The notes beneath the pieces were generated by a model. It made no database searches, was not told the origin of the DNA, and worked only from the letters and a program-made list of their open reading frames with translations. This document shows positions 54,364 through 64,000 of a stretch of 64,000 nucleotides of DNA, piece after piece. Within the stretch, counting starts at the first letter, position 1; each line of letters begins with the position of its first letter. Location of the stretch: the NCBI GenBank assembly GCA_965235115.1, contig OZ249436.1, forward strand, positions 49,416,001-49,480,000. Reading direction: 5' to 3'. The translations under genes were made by a program, and so were the position numbers. The DNA comes from Laetmonice hystrix (taxonomy: Eukaryota).

Positions 54364-57092
54364 TACAACTTAATACACTACTGTTCTGAATTTACAAGAA
54401 AACGTTCACGCAAGTTCCCGGGGATATTTTTAGATAGAAATACATTTTCTCGTATGATAATCAAACATCCGGTTCGGAAACATATTCATTGCCATAGCTA
54501 GACCTAAAACTCAAAGTTTAATTATATTTTTTAATCTGCCGCTACACCAGAGATCAAGATCTGGGGCGAGCTTATATTATTCAAAAGAATTGCAGATGTC
54601 CACAAAAACAGAAAATGCTGAATAATGATACACACCGTATCCCAACGATCCCTTGAGTTGTAAGAGTTGACGGTTGTAGCCATTGAAAGCCCGAGAGAGA
54701 TAGCCAGTCACTAACGGCATTAGTCTCAGAAGTAAATCCTTCACAAGTTACTAATTCGTCTGAAACTCGCGTAAATAACACGTTTACAAGCTGAAGGCGC
54801 CGTGCTCACTAGCCATTCAAAGTGTAAATTGTGTACCCAGGGAAGTGACGTGCACTCGTCCCGTCATATTAACACTGACGATCAAAGAAAATGGGCGTTG
54901 GTTGGAAAACAATAGAGAACCAGACAAGGACATTAATTCCTGACCTTTGTCAAAGAAGCCGACCACGGTTGACTAAGCATTCGTCATCGATCTCTAAAAA
55001 AATCGATATCTTTCATTTTTATTGGTGAGAACAGACTTAGAGTAACGAAGGTTATAAAAGTACCTTTTTGTGGGATTCAGTTTAGTTTTTCTTGCCGTTC
55101 TTGTCCTTTTTAGAATTTCATGCATGACATAATGTGTGATCGTGTCATATTTGATCAAGGCCGTCCTTACTTATTGGGTCCCTGCTCGCTGCCTGGTAAC
55201 CGCACCCGTCACACGCGGTCGCATCCAAAGGGAAGGGTTAAAAAGAAGGGCGATCCGCACGCCCTCTTGTGGTGACTCCAAACTTCACAAAGAGGACGCC
55301 TGGCGGCCGACAAGCAAACTACGCTGGAAACTACCAGAAGAAAAAATTATGAAGTTGTGTGGGCCTGCAAATTTTAGAGTGGTATATTTTGTATGATACA
55401 GTGGCACCAGGGCTACCAGATAGGAAGGGGTCCGACACCATAACTTTTGCCCCAGGGCCCGCCCCAGCTCTCAGCGGCCCTGAGACTTAGGCTAACTGTA
55501 GTGGGTCAAAGTCATCTACACTGTGAGGGAGTTTGTTCCTTCCCTACCTCTTACTACTTCACTACCACGACTACTGGTGATAGTATAGTAGTGTATGTTG
55601 GTAGTAGTTGTAGTTTTAATTCTACATATTCTGTTCTATAAATGCTACACGAATGCAGGGCATGTGGGCGCTCACAAATCTACAAAAAAAATTATAGATT
55701 TTTCCACGCATAAAGACACCAACGTTAACCAAATTAATATGGTTGCCGTTGGAGTCTAGTTATTTTAGTCGTCAAGATGTAATCTTCTCCATTTGTTTGA
55801 GACACTGTGTCATAAAGGAACATATTCAAGATGTTAAACAAATTAGATCGTTTATAATTGATTACTTAATCATTATGATGTATTTAATACATTGTTTAAT
55901 ATACTTGTCCATTTACTAATTCGAAACTTATTGTTACTATACTTGGTCCATCTAATTCGACATATTTACTCATTAGATTACATAATGTATTTGTTCATTA
56001 ATTACAGGACTGATTGCTTTTTAAGTTTCTTATGTCCGATTCACTTTTTGTATCGGGATAAGTCATTCTTCAGAAGTCCTATACGAAGGTGCCTTTAACG
56101 TTTCACTGTCTCTTGACTGTATATGTTATTGTTTCCGTTTTGCCCCTCAAGTTGGCCGTTGTCGATGGCATTGTGCACAACTGACTTTTTCCATACATCA
56201 TTTGTTGGCCGCGTCTCATCCATAATAGCTGTCACGATAACCCACCGAGTTCAGGACCTCCAATTCGCCTTTTACTTTCCTACCTGAAGGAAGGATCCGT
56301 TCGTAAATTACATTGTTTAGCGCCGGCCCGCCACTTGACAATACTTATTAAGTTTCGCACGCCTGGGCCTGTAGTAGCCCCCCACTCCCTCCATCCCTCC
56401 GGGCGGAAAGCCCTCTGTCCACCCTGAGGTGCTGTGCTGGCACGCTATAATACACGGCCGTAAAGATGACGCGACGTGAGGGCGACCGCTGATCGCCATC
56501 AGTTGCAATCGTTGAGCGACGAGACGTCGCCCGCGGGCACCTCCTCCAGCCAAACATGCCCCGCGGCCATCGTCGCTGGATGAAATCGCGTCGCGTGAAA
56601 TTGGAAGTCAAAATGTGTCTGCAAATTGGATCAGCGGCTCGAAGCATGTCTCCCGTTTAGGATCACACCAAGCATCATTACAGGCGACCGTATCTAAGCA
56701 TGTCATTTTTCTTGTGCACCATCGCCGGCGGCGACCAGTAGGTTAATATCCAATTTGTTCTTTGCCTGCAGAGAACGTGTGGTGGATCAAAAAGTTGGCC
56801 GGCTTCTCATTTCTCTATGTATGTGTGGTGTATGTATAGAACTTATTCTTCTGTTGGGAATGTTTCCAACATTTCATATCGACGAATACTTATGTCTTTA
56901 TGATGTAGCAGACCGGGCCGTTTTTCATCGTTGTGTTTTGTAATTTCCCTTATGAATAGAATTTAATGAATAGAATGTATATTAATTTTAAGGACGTAGT
57001 ACGATTGGTTTATCTAAAGGGATTTACTAGATAACCACATGTATACATACATTAGAAAACATTTTCTTTATCCTTTCCCTGTGCCCTATCGT

Positions 57093-57450
57093 AGAGTGAG
57101 TAGTTGGTTTTTAACGTCCAGCCAGCGGTATTTCAGCTATATCAGGGCGAGAACAAGGTAACTAACTCAGTCGGTGAACTCCATTGTGTGGTAATGAGAT
57201 GATTATAAAGAACCCCGCTCACCGGGGCGAACCTCTACTCTTTTCGATAGATACCAAGGGATCCAGGCGCAGATCCATGAATTTTTGCAGGGGGGGGGGG
57301 GGGTCCGAAAGATGCGAGCTGGAGAAGGGGGCAATACTCTGGGGCCCTCCCCCGATAACATAGCAAAAACCTAAGTTGGTCCTGAGCAGGGGGGGTCTGG
57401 ACCCCCTGCCCCCCCCCCCCCGATCCGCGCCTGGGATCTTTAACGTGGCC
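57093..57450 (-). mobile_element. Possible SINE fragment (Nin-domain-like) interrupted by a MITE
   Basis: ttggtttttaacgtcc...tatttcagctatatc and cctctactcttttcgatag...ggatctttaacgtg resemble, from memory only, reverse-strand invertebrate SINE segments; unverified. Confidence 0.3.
57264..57433. mobile_element. MITE with CAGGCGC(A/G)GATC termini and G/C tracts
   Basis: caggcgcagatc ... gatccgcgcctg, flanked on both sides by ggatc. Confidence 0.7.
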
Positions 57451-57512
57451 CTTCACATAGAAGTATCGTGACACGGCAGGTGTAGCAGGATCAAATCACT
57501 ACCCTAATTTTT

Positions 57513-58484
57513 CACTCTAGAGTGATATCATCCTAGGACCAGAACACTCTAGAGTGCTCTGGTCCTAGGATCAGAACACTCTAGAGTGATTTCATCCCAG
57601 GTTCAGAGCACTCTAGAGTGATGTTTCCGAGGTTCAGAACACTCTAGAGTGATATTGTCCGAGGTTCAGAGCACTCTAGAGTGATTTTGTCCGAGGTTCA
57701 GAGCACTCTAGAGTGATGTTTCCGAGGTTCAGAGCACTCTAGAGTGATTTTGTCCCAGGTTCAGAGCACTCTAGAGTGATTTCATCCTGGGTTCAGAGCA
57801 CTCTAGAGTGATTTTGTCCCAGGTTCAGAGCACTCTAGAGTGATTTTGTCCGAGGTTCAGAGCACTCTAGAGTGATTTTGTCCCAGGTTCAGAGCACTTT
57901 AGAGTGATTTTGTCCTAGGTTCAGAGCACTCTAGAGTGATTTTTCCGAGGTTCAGAGCACTCTAGAGTGATTTTGTCCTAGGTTCAGAGCACTCTAGAGT
58001 GATTTTGTCCCAGGTTCAGAGCACTCTAGAGTGATTTTGTCCCAGTTTCAGAGCACTCTAGAGTGATTTTGTCCCAGGTTCAGAGCACTCTAGAGTGATT
58101 TTGTCCCAGGTTCAGAGAACTCTAGAGTGATTTTGTCCTAGGTTCAGAGCACTCTAGAGTGATTTTGTCCTAGGTTCAGAGCACTCTAGAGTGATTTTGT
58201 CCTAGGTTCAGAGTATTCTAGAGTGATTTTGTCCTAGGTTCAGAGCACTCTAGAGTGATTTTGTCCTAGGTTCAGAGTATTCTAGAGTGATTTTGTCCCA
58301 GGTTCAGAGCACTCTAGAGTGATTTTGTCCCAGGTTCAGAGCACTCTAGAGTGATTTTGTCCCAGGTTCAGAGCACTCTAGAGTGATTTTGTCCCAGGTT
58401 CAGAGCACTCTAGAGTGATTTTGTCCCAGGTTCAGAGCACTCTAGAGTGATTTTGTCCCAGGTTCAGAGCACTCTAGAGTGATT
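57513..58484. repeat. 32-bp satellite containing palindrome CACTCTAGAGTG, about 30 copies
   Basis: Unit cactctagagtgattttgtcccaggttcagag. Confidence 0.97.
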
Positions 58485-58579
58485 GTATACGGGGTAGTAA
58501 CCTGATACTCCTACACCGGCCTTTGGTAAAGCAGTCGGCAGCACTGATATGCAGGAAAGTCCGGCGAGCCGTGGTTTGA

Positions 58580-58835
58580 CAGAGACGAGAGAGAAAGACA
58601 GAGAGAGAGACAGAGGGGGAGAGAGAGACAGACACAGACACAGAGAGAGAGGGAGAGAGAGACGGAGAGAGAGAGAGAGAGAGAGAGCGCGGGGGGGGAG
58701 CGCGCGCGGGGGAGGGGGAGAGGGAGAGAAGAAGAGAGAGCGTGGGAGGCAGTGATGTCGGAAGTGAGCAGGCCACCAAAGAAATGGGGGAATATGTTGA
58801 CCTCCCCCCCCCCCCCCGATTCATGGCTCAGAGAG

Positions 58836-58892
<57 letters not shown>

Positions 58893-58910
58893 AGGGAGAG
58901 AGAGAGAATA
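58580..58910. repeat. (GA)n-rich low-complexity tracts
   Basis: Seen directly. Confidence 0.9.
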
Positions 58911-60288
58911 AGTGACAGACAGATTTCCAAATGGAGTCTGACAGTTTGTTGGTTTTTTTCAGATCCTCTGTTTCGGTTTTCTTGAACTGACGCCCAATTT
59001 CTGATAATTATTATATAATCTATTGGCAAGAATGTTCCTAATCATTTATTATAGTCTCCGATTACTCACTTATCGAATCGAATTGATTTAATTTTACTCA
59101 CCAATGTAGTTAAGCCGACCGTCTATAGTATGAGAGCAGCCCAGCGTATGGAACCTTGTCCTATACCGTATCTTTTGTCACAATCAAGATCTGTGTTATT
59201 TGATCATTGCTCTCAAACAACATAATTTCCGACCCCCTCCCTGCCCCCACCCCCACTCCAGCCCATCACACCCCACCCCCGCCCTACTCCACCCCTTCCC
59301 GTCCGACTGCACTGACAAATCCCACCCTTGTGACCGATTCACACCGTCATAAAAGCTTGTCCATATTTTCGTACAATTACCACTGATAAAACGATTTGCT
59401 TACTGCGGCACAGAGTCTCCTAATCCCCTTAATCCAATATTCTATCGGCATCAGTTTAATGATGGTTTAATGCACGGAGGGGGGACGTCAGGCCGGGCTG
59501 CGACCGGTAAAAGTGGCCAGGCATCCCGGCCAACCCACAAGGGGCAGCCTCAATGACTGCCATGTTGCAGACATTATGAAATGTTAAGAATTTAAATTGC
59601 ATTACCTCTCGGTTATTGCGGGTAAAATCCCAGAGACTATTAATACGGAATTTGGAAACGTGATAGCATTTGATGTGACGGCCTCGGGAGACGTGAGCTG
59701 GCCACTCACGGAGCGGGTGTGCCGGGTGTATGAGCCCGGGGTTCCCGCTGAGTCCCGCCCGCCCACCACAAACACTGTCCCCCAACTCAACCACCTCACC
59801 CACTGCATAAGAAGTGTGCTTAATTAGGACGCAACTGCATTAAATCAAATAAATGCTAATTGAATTGGCTGAACTCTGATATTATGGACTGTTTGGGCAC
59901 GACAGTCGTCGGGGAGTTCACACACGGGGGTGTAGCTGACAGAGATGGGCAGGTCAGTGTACCATGAGAGGGGGTAGTTATAAGGGGTGGTGGTGGTGGG
60001 GGGTGGGGGGTGGGGAGAGTCACATATTTTAGTGGTGGATTGACCCGTCTGTTTGCCGGGTGTGTGCCAGGGTATGACCCCCCCCCCCCCCCATCATCAA
60101 AACAACCCATACGAGAACGGTCGGCGGGAGTTTGGGGGAATGTCTCGATATTTTTTACAAACAATTAAACAAACAACCCCACTGTTTGTGCGCCGATAGG
60201 GAACGTTCAGGCGGGTTAGATCTCTCCAGAAAATAGATTTCTCTCCTTACACTTACCATTAGCTATAGGCCTATACCTCCCAACCTGA

Positions 60289-60366
60289 CCCCACCACACC
60301 CCACACCACACCCCACACCCCACCCCACACCCCACACCCCACACCCCACACCCCACCCCACACCAC
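60289..60366. repeat. (CCACACC)n heptamer repeat
   Basis: Seen directly. Confidence 0.85.
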
Positions 60367-61218
60367 AGCACGGTCACGGTTTGATTAGGTCCACAGGACG
60401 AATGTCCACTGACAGCCTGGACAATACGTCCAGATCACATTGCACTGATAACGTTAAGAGATAATAAAGCATCATTTAGCCGTGCCACCGACCAGCCAGA
60501 GATTGCACCAGACCACGCTGGCATCAATTGTTGATGTTCGTGATAGCTGTGGAAATATCGACCTTGGCACACAGAGGCCGCTACCAATTGGGTTACGGCG
60601 CCCGGCATGGTGTTAGTAGTATCAAGAAATGGAAGTTGTAGGCGGGTTATTCTGGCCAGGCGTACGACGCACCCTCCCACCGCAAACCACCTTTTTGTTT
60701 TAAATATGAAATTTCACCAGGAAATGATTATAAAGTAAATTCGATCAGATTAAAAGCCTAGTCCAAGGGATTAATAGGTTTTCATTCAACCATTCCTTTT
60801 AAAGTTTACTCGTATCCACCTAGAAGGGGGATATAAAGTGATGACATTTCCATTATCGTACTCTGAAATTAACACGGTAACATGTGACAAATCCGGACTA
60901 TAGTTCTGGTATCAACTGTCCTACAAAGGTATTCACTATATGATGGGTTAAGGGTCGTCTGGTTTTATAACGGCCACCTGACACTATGGCTACGTTAGTG
61001 TTGGTTCATGGGTGGGCAGGGCGGGGGGGGGAGCTAACCCAGAACGTCCACCTGACACTATGGCTACGTTCGTGTTGGTTCATGGGTGGGCGGGGGGGGG
61101 CTGACCCAAAACGGCCACCTGACACAATATAAATTCAGACCGATGATCAGATAACCCCACAATATAAATTCAGACCAATGATCACATAACCCCACAATAT
61201 AAAGATCGCAATTATAAT

Positions 61219-64000
61219 CGCCTCACTGTGACAGTAGGTATAAGAGTGAGAGTTACCGTATATACAGACACACACCCACTGCCGCAGGACGACTCGATCT
61301 GTACGGTCGGCCAGCCCCCCGCCTCACTGTGACAGTAGGTATAAGAGTGAGAGTTACCGTATATACAGACACACACACACACTGCCGCAGGACGACCCGA
61401 TCTGTACGGTCGGCCAGCCCCCCCCCCCCCCGCCTCACTGTGACAGTAGGTATAGGAGTGAGAGTTACCGTATATACAGACACACACACACACTGCCGCA
61501 GGACGACCCGATCTGTACGGTCGGCCAGCCCCCTGCCTCACTGTGACAGTAGGTATAGGAGTGAGAGTTAACGTATATACAGACACACACCCACTGCCGC
61601 AGGACGACCCGATCTGTACAGTCGCCCCCCCCCCCCCGCCTCACTGTGACAGTAGGTATATGAGTGAGAGTTACCGTAGGCCTATATACAGACACACACC
61701 CACTGCCGCAGGACGACCCGATCTGTACGGTCGGCCAGCCCCCCCCCCCCCCGCCTCACTGTGACAGTAGGTATAGGAGAGAGAGTTACCGTATATACAG
61801 ACACACACCCACTGCCGCAGGACGACCCGATCTGTACGGTCGGCCAGCCCCCCGCCTCACTGTGACAGTAGGTATAGGAGTGAGAGTTACCGTATATACA
61901 GACACACACCCACTGCCGCAGGACGACCCGATCTGTACGGTCGGCCAGCCCCCCGCCTCACTGTGACAGTAGGTATAGGAGTGAGAGTTACCGTATATAC
62001 AGACACACACCCACTGCCGCAGGACGACCCGATCTGTACGGTCGCCCCCCCCCCCCGCCTCACTGTGACAGTAAGTATAGGAGTGAGAGTTACCGTATAT
62101 ACAGACACACACCCACTGCCGCGGGACGACCCGATCTGTACGGTCGGCCAGCCCCCCCCCCCCTCACTGTGACAGTAGGTATAGGAGTGAGAGTTACCGT
62201 ATATACAGACACACACCCACTGCCGCAGGACGACCCGATCTGTACGGTCGTCCCCCCCCCCCGCCTCACTGTGACAGTAGGTATAGGAGTGAGAGTTACC
62301 GTATATACAGACACACACCCACTGCCGCAGGACGACCCGATCTGTACGGTCGGCCAGCCCCCTGCCTCACTGTGACAGTAGGTATAGGAGTGAGAGTTAC
62401 CGTATATACAGACACACACACCCACTGCCGCAGGACGACCCGATCTGTACGGTCGGCCAGCCCCCCCCCCCCCGCCTCACTGTGACAGTAGGTATAGGAG
62501 TGAGAGTTACCGTATATACAGACACCCACCCACTGCCGCAGGACGACCCGATCTGTACGGTCGGCCAGCCCCCCCCCCCCCCCCGCCTCACTGTGACAGT
62601 AGGTATAGGAGTGAGAGTTACCGTATATACAGACACACACCCACTGCCGCAGGACGACCGATCTGTACGGTCGGCCAGCCCCCCGCCTCACTGTGACAGT
62701 AGGTATAAGAGTGAGAGTTACCGTATATACAGACACACACCCACTGCCGCAGGACGACCCGATCTGTACGGTCGGCCAGCCCCCCCCCCCCGCCTCACTG
62801 TGACAGTAGGTATAGGAGTGAGAGTTACCGTATATACAGACACACACCCACTGCCGCAGGACGACCCGATCTGTACGGTCGGCCAGCCCCCCGCCTCACT
62901 GTGACAGTAGGTATAGGAGTGAGAGTTACCGTATATACAGACACACACCCACTGCCGCGGGACGACCCGATCTGTACGGCCGGCCAGCCCCCCGCCTCAC
63001 TGTGACAGTAGGTATAGGAGTGAGAGTTACCGTATATACAGACACACACACCCACTGCCGCAGGACGATCCGATCTGTACGGTCGCCCCTCCCCGCGCCT
63101 CACTGTGACAGTAGGTATAGGAGTGAGAGTTACCGTATATACAGACACACACCCACTGCCGCAGGACGACCCGATCTGTACGGTCGGCCAGCCCACGGCC
63201 TCACTGTGACAGTAGGTATAGGAGTGAGAGTTACCGTATATACAGACACACACACCCACTGCCGCAGGACGATCCGATCTGTACGGTCGCCCCTCCCCGC
63301 GCCTCACTGTGACAGTAGGTATAGGAGTGAGAGTTACCGTATATACAGACACACACCCACTGCCGCAGGACGACCCGATCTGTACGGTCGGCCAGCCCAC
63401 GGCCTCACTGTGACAGTAGGTATAGGAGTGAGAGTTACCGTATATACAGACACACACCCACTGCCGGAGGACGACCCGATCTGTACGGTCGGCCAGCCCC
63501 CCGCCTCACTGTGACAGTAGGTATAGGAGTGAGAGTTACCGTATACAGACCCACCCACTGCCGCAGGACGACCCGATCTGTACGGTCGGCCAGCCCCCCC
63601 CCCCCCCCCCGCCTCACTGTGACAGTAGGTATAGGAGTGAGAGTTACCGTATATACAGACACACACCCACTGCCGCAGGACGACCCGATCTGTACGGTCG
63701 GCCAGCCCCCCCCCCCCCCCCGCCTCACTGTGACAGTAGGTATAGGAGAGAGAGTTACCGTATATACAGACACACACCCACTGCCGCAGGACGACCCGAT
63801 CTGTACGGTCGGCCAGCCCCCCGCCTCACTGTGACAGTAGGTATAGGAGTGAGAGTTACCGTATATACAGACACACACCCACTGCCGCAGGACGACCCGA
63901 TCTGTACGGTCGGCCAGCCCCCCCCCCCCCCCGCCTCACTGTGACAGTAGGTATAGGAGAGAGAGTTACCGTATATACAGACACACACCCACTGCCGCAG
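61219..64000. repeat. ~100-110-bp satellite with a variable poly-C tract, running off the window end
   Basis: Unit cgcctcactgtgacagtaggtataggagtgagagttaccgtatatacagacacacacccactgccgcaggacgacccgatctgtacggtcggccagc(c)n. Confidence 0.97.

Noticed and set aside
55316..55332. 17-nt identity (aaactacgctggaaact, KLRWKL) to the ChAT exon at ~43614
   Set aside because: Similarity does not extend; one 17-mer match within 64 kb is plausible by chance
61212..63988. Many overlapping ORFs, and a possible ribozyme in the ~100-bp satellite
   Set aside because: ORFs are repeat artefacts; I saw no hammerhead core (CTGATGA...GAAA) or convincing HDV-like fold, only a short hairpin

Overview
Animal genomic DNA, probably from a lophotrochozoan or other marine invertebrate (inferred from protein sequence and repeat style), containing an apparently complete cholinergic gene locus on the + strand. 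An intronless vesicular acetylcholine transporter ORF (VAChT/SLC18A3, 10315-12063) lies upstream of the coding exons of choline acetyltransferase (ChAT), probably inside an early ChAT intron. I reconstructed 13 phase-consistent GT-AG ChAT exons by hand (39393-47069; 673 codons plus stop). There are up to three alternative in-frame N-terminal exons (19440, 25546, 38562); one resembles a mitochondrial presequence. Two candidate shared 5' UTR exons sit at ~5600-5728 and 6759-6804. The rest is intron or intergenic DNA rich in minisatellites, satellites and MITE-like elements. Main points of interest: alternative ChAT N-termini, a 13-fold tandem amplification of a ChAT splice donor, candidate long-range RNA pairings around the nested VAChT exon, and TA-duplicating micro-insertions (TAGGCCTA, TAGGCTA) visible inside tandem-repeat units. 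All splice models come from motifs and reading phase, not transcript data.
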